A stretch of DNA of 64,000 nucleotides from Rebecca billardiae RCC1528 (taxonomy: Eukaryota; Protista; Haptophyta). Shown piece by piece: positions 36,298 through 46,433 of this stretch (positions are counted from its first letter, which is position 1; each line of letters begins with the position of its first letter). A program made the translations under genes and the position numbers. The stretch spans positions 558,001-622,000 of the forward strand of contig OZ251253.1 in assembly GCA_965240325.2 (NCBI GenBank), given 5' to 3'. The notes under the pieces were generated by a model. That model was not told the DNA's origin and did no database searches. It was given only the letters and a program-made list of their open reading frames with translations.

Positions 36298-37924
36298 CGC
36301 GGCGCGGCAGCGTGCCAGCGTCGTCGCCAAATGCCCGCGGTCAGCGCCGCGTGCCAGACGCACGCCGACTGGCGCGACCGGTGGCAAGCGTCGCACCGCC
36401 CGCCGGCGCGAGCGCGAGCAGACGAGCCTCGAACGCGCGTCGAGACCGGCCGCCATCATCTTATGCCGGGGCCTAGAGGGCCCGTCTGCCAAACAAACGC
36501 GCGAGCCGGCACGAAGCGCACGCCACTCGTCTGGCGGCCGCGCATCAGCAGCATGATATGATGTCGTGTTGCTGGTTAGCGGTGTCAGACAAGTCCGGAG
36601 AGACGAGAGGGTGATGAGAGAGATGACGACCGATACAGTGCTGTCACAGCAGCCGCAGCTATACTACTAGCGCAGTGCGATATGATACGCTACGTACGAC
36701 CCTACCTTACTTATATAACTGGGACCAGGCCCGCCTCGCGGCGGACTCGGCCCGCGGTCCGGCGGCAGCCGCGGGGGCGGCGGCCGGGTGACAGTAGCGG
36801 CGGAGCGCCCGACTGATATTCCTCCTTCCGCGCGACGCTCCGGCTACGCGGCTAAGGTAGCGATGGGCCTGCCGACCCCCCTCTTTGCCAGTCGCCCCGA
36901 CTCTGCCCGCAACCCGCGCTATCTAACGAGGGTCGCAGTTGATCAGCAAGGGGACTGGCTGAGGGGCGGCGGCTCCCGGCCACCGTCGCCACAACCGGAA
37001 CAAGCCATGCCCACCACAGTCGAGCCGGGTGGGAGGGCAGGGTGCGAAATCAGTAGCGACGCCACCGCCCGCACCCGAGGAGGAATAAGCCGACGGCCCG
37101 CTCGCAGCCGACGAGGGTTGCGCCCGCCCTTAGCCGAGGAGTCGCCACCGAGCGGGGTACGGTCGGTGGACCGAAGTGCTGCTGAGCAGCTGGGGCTATC
37201 AGCCCAGGCCCCGCCCCGCCTCGGCTGCCGAAGAGCAGGCCTGCCGCGGCCCGCATCGGCGGCGCTCAGAGGTAGAATCTACCGGTTCGGTACAGGCGGG
37301 TCCGGCTGCCCGTATATAGCCCGCCCAGGGGTCATACCGCTTCGCTGGGCGCGCACCCGACGCCCGGAGCTTGCTGCCCGCCCAGGCACGGTCCGGTCAG
37401 CCGCCCTAGCAGGTCAGCAGCGGTTAGCAGCATTGAGGAGCAGCCGATCATGGCGGCGGGCTGGCCCAGTTATACCCCTATAACCGAACGGTTATAGAAC
37501 AATAACTGGGACCAGGCCCGCCTCGCGGCGGACTCGGCCCGCGGTCCGGCGGCAGCCGCGGGGGCGGCGGCCGGGTGACAGTAGCGGCGGAGCGCCCGAC
37601 TGCTATTCCTCCTTCCGCGCGACGCTCCGGCTACGCGGCTAAGGTAGCGATGGGCCTGCCGACCCCCCTCTTTGCCAGTCGCCCCGACTCTGCCCGCAAC
37701 CCGCGCTATCTAACGAGGGTCGCAGTTGATCAGCAAGGGGACTGGCTGAGGGGCGGCGGCTCCCGGCCACCGTCGCGTAGAAGGGTGCCACACCTCGGAG
37801 AGGTGGAGGCCCGGTGGCCCGGGGGCCGGTGGCTCGAGGCCGTCCGGGCCGCCGCCGCAGAGGGGAAGGGTGGGAAGAGACGCGAGAGTCGAGTGCCAGC
37901 GGTGCCACAGGCGGTCGGCGCCAG

Positions 37925-38879
37925 TCAGCCAGGATCCGCAAAGGCGGCAGCCAGCCGAAGGCGCAGCTCCCGGCGCTCCGCCGCGCGGGGGAAATACGTC
38001 GCAGGGGCGGCGTTCCAGCGACCGGCCAGCGCGCGTTCCTGCCCCGTGAAGCCGAGGTGGTCAGCCACGGCAGCGGCGCACCGGCGCACCGAGTTGGTAG
38101 ACACGTCAGCGGGCCGCAGCCCAACTTCTGCGCCCACCCTGCGAAGCCAAGCCAAATAAGCCGAGTAGGGGACCGGTGCCCCCGAAGGGAGCACGAACAG
38201 GGGGTCGTCGGCCGAGGACTCCCGGGGGCGGCGAAGGAGGTACCTGCCCAATGCCGCCACTGGGCACAGCGGCGCACCCGCCGGTAGGCGGGGCAGGAGC
38301 TCAACCGCCAAGCGGCCCGCGTGGTGTTTCTCGCTGCGAAGGGTCACCAGGAAGCCGAGGGCGGTGGGTGCGAGGTCCCTGAGCCGGATGAACTTGGAGG
38401 ACCCGTACCGTGCGACTCCGGCCACGCACTCGGCCCGACACATCGTAAAAAATCTGCACAAGCAGCATGGCCCAGAAAGCAGCGTCACCATCGCGCACGC
38501 GTGCGCCGATCGCGCGGACCGAATCCAGCGAAAGCGCCGGGGCCGGGGCAGGCTGGCGGGAGGGGAGCCGCCGAAAAGCGGCGACGATGTGCTGACGTCC
38601 GAGGTCCCTGATGGGCCCGTCCTGCACACCCAGGACCTGAGCCGCCACCTGCACCGCCGACACGTATTGCGAGATGGTCGTGGGAGCTTTCCCCTGCAGC
38701 CCCAAGTGCGCCGCAAACAGCCGCAGGGCCAGGGCCGACGGGGGCCACACTGGCGCCACGCCACCCGAGTGAAAGAAGGCGACGTACGCTCGGACCCCCG
38801 CCGCGTTCGGGCCCGAGCCCACCGCCGCCGCCGCGAGCGCCACACACCCCGCGGCTGCGGCCACGATGGGGTTGTCCAT
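37925..38879 (-). CDS. Tyrosine recombinase (DIRS/Ngaro type) split by a 1-nt frameshift at the T6 run near 38450
   Basis: The N-half (ORF 38301-38879: LRLFAAHL...TTISQYVSAV) joins the C-half (FTMCRAE, LRSEK, LCPVAAL, PLF, STNSVRR, AGRW, ATYF) if one T is removed from ATTTTTTACG. Confidence 0.85.
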
Positions 38880-39149
38880 TACCGCCGGGTATTCCCGGCT
38901 TGTTTGCCCAGCATGAAGGGCCTCGGCCGCCTGGCGCTGAGTGGCGCTTGGAGGGTAGCGGCCGCCCGAAGCTCAAAGCCCACGCTGAAACCGACCGGAT
39001 CGCACCCGGCGGAGAGCGCAGGGCGGAGGCCCGCCCGCTGGCAGGGTCTTTGATAGGAACGGGCGCCGGGGCAAGGTCTGCCCGGTCTGCCGTGGTGAAG
39101 GCAGCGACGAAAGACGCCTGCCGCTGAGCGACGAGATCGCAAGAAGCGA

Positions 39150-39492
39150 CAGCACGCGATGTGCATATCGACCGCTGAGAGAATAAGGGATGGCAAGCCA
39201 GCGATGTGCACATCGCAGACCGAAGATGAGACTGCAAGCAAGCGATGTGCACATCGCTGAAAGGTGAGACTGCAAGGAAAGCGATGTGCATATCGCTGAA
39301 AGATGAGATTGCAAGCAAGCGATGTGCATATCGCTGAAAGATGAGATTGCAAGCAAGCGATGTGCATATCGCTGAAAGATGAGATTGCAAGCAAGCGATG
39401 TGCATATCGCTGAAAGATGAGATTGCAAGCAAGCGATGTGCATATCGCTGATGGAAGATGAGATTGCAGGAAAGCGATGCGCGGATCGCTGA
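39150..39492 (-). repeat. About nine 38-bp tandem units, each with the hairpin AGCGAT-ATGCAC-ATCGCT
   Basis: GCGATG recurs at about 39156, 39202, 39242, 39281, 39319, 39357, 39395, 39433 and 39474. The core units are identical and have no spacers. Confidence 0.93.
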
Positions 39493-39553
39493 ACGAAGAA
39501 GGGGGGGATGGCCGGGGGCGAGCCTGCGCGCCGAGCGGCGAGAACGCCCGGCG

Positions 39554-41638
39554 TCAAAGGGCCAGCGCCGCTTCGCCCGCCAACCGAGGCTCGGCCGCGA
39601 GCGAGCAGAGCTCGAGCCACATGTCAGCCGACGTCTCCCGGCGCCGGCTGAGGGCGTCGGCGAGGCGGTTGCGAGCACCGGGTGGATGGCAGCACCAGAG
39701 CGTGATCGCGTGCTCCGCCACCAGCAGCGAGAGGCGCTGCAGGAGGCCATTGAGCAGCGCCGAGCCCGGCACACGCCACCGGCGCAGCCACCCGAGGGCC
39801 ACCTTGCTGTCCGTGAAAAGGCGAACGTGGCAGCCCGCCAAGTACGGCGCCCACTCGATGGCAGCATGGAGGAGCATGTACAGCTCCATGTCTGCGATGT
39901 GCCTCAGCTCGCCCGACACGCGCAGCGACGCCAAGTCCTTGCGCAGCGCCCAGCCGTTGGAGCAGGCGGCGCCGCCGCCCGCCGCCTCCCAGGCGGCGTC
40001 GGTAGCAATCACCGGCGCGCCCACCGCCAGGCCCACCGGGCGGAACAGCCGCCGCCAGCCGGCACCCCGCTCGAGGAGCGCGGCGAAGAATGCGCACTCG
40101 CTGGGCAGCGCGGCGCCGAGCTGGTCAGGCCGCGCGGTGCGCGGCGCGAAGCCCCCACCGCCGCCGGGCGGGAGCGCCCCGCCCCCGCCCCCCGCCGCTT
40201 CGAGCGCCGCGCCGCCGGCCCCACCCAGCTCGGCGGGTGCGAGGCGAGGCCGCTGCGACGCCGCCCCCGCGTCGCGATCGCCCGCCGGCGCCGACCGCTT
40301 CAGCATAGGAGCGGCCGCGACCGCGGCGTTGGCCGCGCGCAGCGACGCCGACACCGCTTGCGCCGCCGTCAGCTCGGCGTTGAGCGCGCGCGCCTCGGCC
40401 GACTCGCTGTCGCGCAGGAAGAGGATCGATGACGCGCGGCCCGAGCGCCGCTCCTCCGCCGCGGCGGCAACGAACGATTTGTTCACCACCGAGAGGAGGG
40501 ACTCGGCGGGCATCAGGCCGCGCAGCTGCTCGAGCCACGACGAGAACTCGAGCGCCTCGGCCCGCATGGCCGGCGACCAATGAGAGGCTGGGGAGGGGTC
40601 ATCTGGCGAGGCGGCCGGGATAAACGTCGTCGTGAGGCAGCCCAGCAGCGCCTCGAGGGACTGGAAGGGCTGATCCTTCGGCTGCACCCCGCCGAGGAGA
40701 CGCCCCCCGCGAGAGAACTCGCGAGCGAAGCGCTCCCCCAGGCCTGGAAATGCCTGGACCATATCGCGCAGGTTGTAGCTCGTGCAGAGCTGGCCAGACG
40801 AGTCGCGCACCACGAGCGCGCGGGGCGCGTCACGCGCCGGGTCCGCGACCACCCGGCGCGCCGGGCCGGCCCCCGACGACGCCCCCGCCTGCTCCGACAT
40901 CGCCTGCATGAGCGCCGCCACCGACTGGGCCGAGAACCCGAGCCCGGCGGCGTGAGCGGGCAGCGCGGCGGTAGAGGCAGGGCCAGCAGCGCCCCCCGGC
41001 GCGCGGTCGGCCGCCGCCGCCGCCGTTCCCGCCGGTAGCGCGGTAAGGCCGGGGGCGAGCGCGTGCGCCGCGAGGCCCGCAAGCAGCGACGACGGCGCGG
41101 CCGCCGCCGCCGCGCCCGCCGCGTCCAGCGCGACCGAAACCCCGGGAGCAGCAGAAGCAGCCGCTCCGAGCGTGGGTGCGAGGCTGGGGAGCAGCGGATC
41201 CGAGGAGGCAAGCGGAGGCATCGCCGCCGCGGCCGCCGCTGGGACCGAGGTGGGCGGGCGGGGCAGCGCGGCCGGGACGGTAGGCGTCGGGGCGAGCAGG
41301 GCCGGCGCCGCCAGGGCGAGCCCCGCCGCCCCCGCCGGGACCAACGCGGCGAGCTGGGCCAGCAACGGCGACAGCTGCGCCAGCTGCGCGGTGAGCTGCG
41401 CCGCGACGCCGACGCTGAGCGGGATCCCCTCCACCGGGTGCGCCGGCGGGACCAGCGCGGCACTCGCCGCTAGCGGGGCACTCACCGACGGGGCCGCCGG
41501 CGCCGCCGACGCGGGCACGGGTCCTTGAGCGTCTTGAGCACCGCCGCGACCCGTGGCCGGGCCCTGTCGCTCGCGAGTGCGGCCGCCGCGGAGGGCCACC
41601 AGGCGCCCCAGCGAGAGCGCAGCCGAAATGCAGATCAT
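39554..41638 (-). CDS. Gag-like / DIRS-type RNase H fusion protein (694 aa, no RT domain)
   Basis: The C-terminus carries IATDA...HIADMELY...VRLFTDS...HPPGARNRLADALSR, the DIRS1-type RNase H with D-E-D-D intact. The N-terminus is Ala/Pro-rich then helical; Gag-like is inferred from position. No Y/F-x-DD RT motif seen. Confidence 0.85.
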   Translation of the reverse strand: MICISAALSLGRLVALRGGRTRERQGPATGRGGAQDAQGPVPASAAPAAPSVSAPLAASAALVPPAHPVEGIPLSVGVAAQLTAQLAQLSPLLAQLAALVPAGAAGLALAAPALLAPTPTVPAALPRPPTSVPAAAAAAMPPLASSDPLLPSLAPTLGAAASAAPGVSVALDAAGAAAAAAPSSLLAGLAAHALAPGLTALPAGTAAAAADRAPGGAAGPASTAALPAHAAGLGFSAQSVAALMQAMSEQAGASSGAGPARRVVADPARDAPRALVVRDSSGQLCTSYNLRDMVQAFPGLGERFAREFSRGGRLLGGVQPKDQPFQSLEALLGCLTTTFIPAASPDDPSPASHWSPAMRAEALEFSSWLEQLRGLMPAESLLSVVNKSFVAAAAEERRSGRASSILFLRDSESAEARALNAELTAAQAVSASLRAANAAVAAAPMLKRSAPAGDRDAGAASQRPRLAPAELGGAGGAALEAAGGGGGALPPGGGGGFAPRTARPDQLGAALPSECAFFAALLERGAGWRRLFRPVGLAVGAPVIATDAAWEAAGGGAACSNGWALRKDLASLRVSGELRHIADMELYMLLHAAIEWAPYLAGCHVRLFTDSKVALGWLRRWRVPGSALLNGLLQRLSLLVAEHAITLWCCHPPGARNRLADALSRRRETSADMWLELCSLAAEPRLAGEAALAL

Positions 41639-42148
41639 GATGCGAAATCAGTAGCGACGCCACCGCCCGCACCCGAGGAGGAATAAGCCGACGGCCCGCT
41701 CGCAGCCGACGAGGGTTGCGCCCGCCCTTAGCCGAGGAGTCGCCACCGAGCGGGGTACGGTCGGTGGACCGAAGTGCTGCTGAGCAGCTGGGGCTATCAG
41801 CCCAGGCCCCGCCCCGCCTCGGCTGCCGAAGAGCAGGCCTGCCGCGGCCCGCATCGGCGGCGCTCAGAGGTAGAATCTACCGGTTCGGTACAGGCGGGTC
41901 CGGCTGCCCGTATATAGCCCGCCCAGGGGTCATACCGCTTCGCTGGGCGCGCACCCGACGCCCGGAGCTTGCTGCCCGCCCAGGCACGGTCCGGTCAGCC
42001 GCCCTAGCAGGTCAGCAGCGGTTAGCAGCATTGAGGAGCAGCCGATCATGGCGGCGGGCTGGCCCAGTTATACCCCTATAACCGAACGGTTATAGAACAA
42101 TATATATTAACGACGTGGTATGCAACGGGCAGGCGTCAGTGATTAAAC

Positions 42149-44101
42149 TTTTCTGAGGATAGCGCACCAGCAATTTCCCTTGACCGCCATCCGGGCCGAA
42201 GTGGCGCAAAATGGCGGTTGCCCCGTTTGGGCGCCCTTCCGCGCCTTCGAGCGGCTCGTGCGCGTCGGGAAGTGCGCCGAAGTGTATCCGGAGCATGCTC
42301 CTTCGACGCGTCGCACTGCCGGGCCCTCGCATGCGAGCCCATGCCGACGTCTGAGTGCGCCTCGCTGCGCACGGTACAGCTTGACGGTACACGGCACGAT
42401 TGGGGCCGCGAGCAGCCTCGTGCGCGCGACCGAGCCAGAGGTGGTCGTCAAGAGTAGCACGAGCGGCGGCACACGAGCGGGGCTGGTCGTTGCCGAATAT
42501 CTGACGCACCAATCGACCTCGCCCAGCGCCATCTGCTCGTTTGTGCACGTGTTGGAAAGGATGAGCAGCTGCGTGCAAACGCCCAGCGCGCAGATGAGGC
42601 GTGGGCGAGCGAAGGGGCGGCGAGGGCCGGCGCGTGCGCGCGCGTAAATTCGAGCCTCCCCATACGCATCGAAACACACCGCGCTCGCTCGTCGAGCTGC
42701 GCACGGGTATCGGTGCGCGCGCGCCAACGCGGCGCGCCGTGAACGCGCCCGGCGAATGCACACCTGCTCGCGCGCGCACGCGCACGTGATGGACCGAGGA
42801 GGTCGCGCGAGCATGCGCGATGTGTCTGGATGGAGCGTGTAGGAGGTGTAGGCTGCGCTCCGCACGCGCTCCGCCACCGTGCACCGCGCTGCCCCTCGTC
42901 TACGCGATCGCTGCCGAGCCCAGATTCAAACGCGCGCGAGCCCGCGAGCGCGCCTCCGAGCAGCGCTTGCAGCAATCGTGTCGAAGGCTTGGCGAGAGGC
43001 AGATGTGCATGGCAAGTAGCGCAATGGGGGTGCCCATCACGCACACACACCCGCGCACGCTCGCCGCACCACCTCGTCGTGCCCACGTTCAGCGCGCGGG
43101 GCGCACTTTGCGCCTCGAGCAGCTGCCGAGCGGCTCCCGCGCGCGGCGCGCGCGGCGAGTAGAACTCAGCCAATGGTCCGAGGGCGAGCCGGCCGAGCGT
43201 CGTGCGTGACGCACATGGACCTGGTGCAACGCCGCGTACCACTCGCAGCCACCATCGCGCCCGTACCAGCGAGCTGTGGCCGCCGCCGACACCCCAAAGC
43301 AGCCCAGCCGTCAGCGCGCGACAGCCGACGAGCGCGCGACGCGCGCGTGCACCACCGTGATGAGCACGGATGAGCGCGCGCGCCCGTGTCGTAGCTCAGG
43401 CGGGGTCCCCCGATCGCACGCACCACCGCGCTGCCACGCCTTCGACCATCTTGTGTCACCACGCGGGCACACGCCGGGCAGGCGGCGGGGGCAGCCCGCT
43501 CGGCAAACGGTCAGCGCGCAGCGAGGATGGAGTCCGGCGAGGGGCGACCGGAGTGTCCGGCGCGACGGAGGTGGTCCACGCCGTGGTCGCCGACGCGTTC
43601 CTCACCACCTCCGAGGCCGTGGTGGCCGCCCGGGAGAAGGAATGCTCCCAGTCGCACCCTTTGCAGTGCTCCTTTGCGCGTGCACGCAACGGCGAGGAGC
43701 GAAAGCGTTTAGCGGGACCTAGTCCGGGGCTCAAGGGTACCATCATCAAAGAATGGAATGCGTGCAAAGGTCCCGCTAAACAAATTTTGTGTCGCCCGTG
43801 CCGCGCGCGCGCGAGCACGGCCAATGCGGCTCCTTGCACATCTGCTGCAGATCGGCTCGTGCTCGGCGAGCGCGGCGAGGAGGAAGGTGCGCGCTCGCGA
43901 GCTGGCGCACCTGGGAGTCCTCGCGGCCTACGAGCAGAAAGAGCGCGTCGAGCGCAACGCCGCAGGTCGCACGGTCGCGATCTCGCGAGAGCGGTGGTGC
44001 GAGGGCGGGCCTCGCCATCGCGCGTTTCTGCGTCCAAACGCGGCCTCCGTAAAATCCGGATGGCGGTCAAGGGATTTTGCTGGTGCGCTATCCTCAGAAA
44101 A
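42149..44101. mobile_element. ~1.95-kb segment bounded by a 46-bp inverted repeat (2 mismatches)
   Basis: TTTTCTGAGGATAGCGCACCAGCAA..TCCCTTGACCGCCATCCGG at 42149-42194 and its reverse complement at 44056-44101. Exon-like fragments inside. No TSD seen. Confidence 0.6.
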
Positions 44102-44208
44102 CCCGCGGCGCAGCCGCCACTTGGAGGACGGTCCGAACCTGGAGGACGGTTTTGGACTTTTTCCAGGCCGATCCTGGAGGATCGGCGCCAGTCCTTGAGG
44201 ATCGGCCT

Positions 44209-45247
44209 CCAGCGAGTCCTCCAGGATGCGCCAGCGAGTCCTTCAGGATGCGCAGCGAGTCCTCCAGGATGCGCCAGCGAGTCCTCCAGGATGCGCAGCG
44301 AGTCCTCCAGGATGCGCCAGCGAGTCCTCCAGGATGTGCCAGCGAGTCCTCCAGGATGCGCCAGCGAGTCCTCCAGGATGCGCCAGCGAGTCCTCCAGGA
44401 TGCGCAGCGAGTCCTCCAGGATGCGCCAGCGAGTCCTCCAGGATGCGCAGCGAGTCCTCCAGGATGCGCCAGCGAGTCCTCCAGGATGCGCCAGCGAGTC
44501 CTCCAGGATGCGCCAGCGAGTCCTCCAGGATGCGCAGCGAGTCCTCCAGGATGCGCCAGCGAGTCCTCCAGGATGCGCAGCGAGTCCTCCAGGATGCGCA
44601 GCGAGTCCTCCAGGATGCGCCAGCGAGTCCTCCAGGATGCGCCAGCGAGTCCTCCAGGATGCGCCAGCGAGTCCTCCAGGATGCGCAGCGAGTCCTCCAG
44701 GATGCGCCAGCGAGTCCTCCAGGATGTGCCAGCGAGTCCTCCAGGATGCGCCAGCGAGTCCTCCAGGATGCGCCAGCGAGTCCTCCAGGATTCGCAGCGA
44801 GTCCTCCAGGATGCGCCAGCGAGTCCTCCAGGATGCGCAGCGAGTCCTCCAGGATGCGCCAGCGAGTCCTCCAGGATGCGCCAGCGAGTCCTCCAGGATG
44901 CGCCAGCGAGTCCTCCAGGATGCGCAGCGAGTCCTCCAGGATGCGCCAGCGAGTCCTCCAGGATGCGCAGCGAGTCCTCCAGGATGCGCCAGCGAGTCCT
45001 CCAGGATGCGCCAGCGAGTCCTCCAGGATGCGCAGCGAGTCCTCCAGGATGCGCCAGCGAGTCCTCCAGGATGCGCCAGCGAGTCCTCCAGGATGCGCCA
45101 GCGAGTCCTCCAGGATGCGCAGCGAGTCCTCCGGGATGCGCCAGCAGCGAGTCCTCCAGGATGCGCCAGCGAGTCCTCCAGGATACGCAGCGAGTCCTCC
45201 ACCCCTCCAGGATGCGCCAGCGAGTCAGCCTTCAGGATGCGCCAGCC
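44209..45247. repeat. 21/22-bp minisatellite (C)CAGCGAGTCCTCCAGGATGCG, about 48 units
   Basis: Near-identical head-to-tail units in two length variants. Confidence 0.97.
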
Positions 45248-45379
45248 AATCTTGTGGGTGTACGATGCACCGCCGTCTCCTGCAGAATGCGCCAGCCGTA
45301 CTCGCAGATTCTTGATCCAGCCTGCGCGCGCGGATAGCGCGAGCGAGCGTGGCATTGGGCGCCGACGCGGGTGCTGCGC

Positions 45380-46353
45380 ACTGGTAGCGTAGTGAGATGG
45401 CGGTGTGCTCTTGCATCAGCCGTCTGCTCTTGCATCAGCCGTCTCCGCGTCGAGGTGTCGTGGGCGATCTTCAAGCCGAAGAGCAAGCGGTCGTAGCCAG
45501 TGCCTGCGCGCGCGCCGCGCGCGCAAGCGGCAGCGCGCCCAGCCAGCGCGCGCGGTCAGTCGTGCAGGGAGGCAGTGCGCGCGCGCGCCGCCCGCATGCG
45601 CGGTGGGGCGCACCAATGGAGAGGACGCCGAACGAGAGCTCGATGTTGGAGAACGTGGGCTCGTTCTGGAACACCATCTCCAGGTCGAGGTGCGAGAGGA
45701 ACTGCCGGATGCGCCGCGTGAACACATAGTCCTGAGAGCACGGGGCGCTAGACTAGACGGCGCGGCAGCGGGGTGAGCGGCGGCGCGCGCGCGTGCGTTG
45801 GCGCGCGTCGGCGCGCACGTCGGCGCGCGCACCTTGGAGAGCGCGAGGAGCTTGAGCAGCTCCTCGTTCGCCTGAGCCGCCGGGTCGAACGCCTGGACTT
45901 CCTGCAAGGGGGGGCGGGGGTCACACGAGTGACGGGGCAGTTGGTGCGGCGGCAGTTGCGCGGTCAGTTTATCGCGCGCGAGGGCGGATCTGGTGCATTG
46001 CGTCATTCGCGATGCGTAGGTGGAGCAGTCGCGCGTTCGTACGTTGCCCGTCCAGTGCGCGCATGCGTGCGGCGCGCACAGTTCGCCGCGCCGATTCGCC
46101 CGGCGCTCGTGCTCGCACGCGCTGACGGCTGAGCGTGTTCTACGCGCTTGCGGCGCCTCTGCGCGTTGAGGCTGAGAGAAGTGCAGCTGGAGGATTGGAG
46201 CAGTAGTAGTAGCGTCTGATGATGGCTCTCTGGGATGATGGCGGCGTTGAACGAGCGAGAGCAGAGCGCTGGGCTGCGGGCAAGGCGACGGTTCCGAACA
46301 TCGCGGCCGATGATGACGAGCTGCGTCTGCGGGTGGTAGTCCTTCAAAATCAA
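45380..46353 (-). pseudogene. Multi-exon gene fragment of unknown family, frameshifted
   Basis: Exon-like blocks LKDYHPQTQLVIIGRDVRNRR / EVQAFDPAAQANEELLKLLALSK / DYVFTRRIRQFLSHLDLEMVFQNEPTFSNIELSFGVLSI / TGYDRLLFGLKIAHD are separated by GT..AG introns. A 19-bp tandem duplication at about 45407-45444 breaks the frame. Confidence 0.5.
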
Positions 46354-46378
46354 ACGCGCGGGTTCGGGGTTGCCGGAC

Positions 46379-46433
46379 GACTAGTCCGGAAATAACGGCG
46401 CGCCGTCGGCGTGCCGTTATTTCCGGACTAGTC
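46379..46433. other. 26-bp-stem hairpin/palindrome
   Basis: GACTAGTCCGGAAATAACGGCGCGCC-GTC-GGCGTGCCGTTATTTCCGGACTAGTC, with one G-T pair. Confidence 0.85.

Larger units (their letters stand above)
36715..42102 (-). mobile_element. Ngaro/PAT-type tyrosine-recombinase retroelement lacking reverse transcriptase
   Basis: Split direct repeats: A1 42102-41641, B1 37776-37502, A2 37504-37043, spacer 37042-36990, B2 36989-36715. Both ends share the ATA core of the B1/A2 junction and sit in a TA-rich target. It encodes RNase H and a tyrosine recombinase. Confidence 0.92.

Noticed and set aside
28984-36492. 2502-aa minus-strand ORF
   Set aside because: It is the antisense shadow of the GC3-rich receptor exon.
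38440-38460. HIV-type -1 slippery site U UUU UUA in the YR gene
   Set aside because: The heptamer is not in the upstream reading frame, and the required shift is +1.
39150-39492. CRISPR-like appearance of the 38-bp palindromic repeats (also the 64-bp and 21/22-bp arrays)
   Set aside because: Units are head-to-tail with no unique spacers, there are no cas genes, and the context is eukaryotic.
43370-45392. ORFs of 370-655 aa over the minisatellite
   Set aside because: They are repeat-derived, with the same peptides cycling through all frames.
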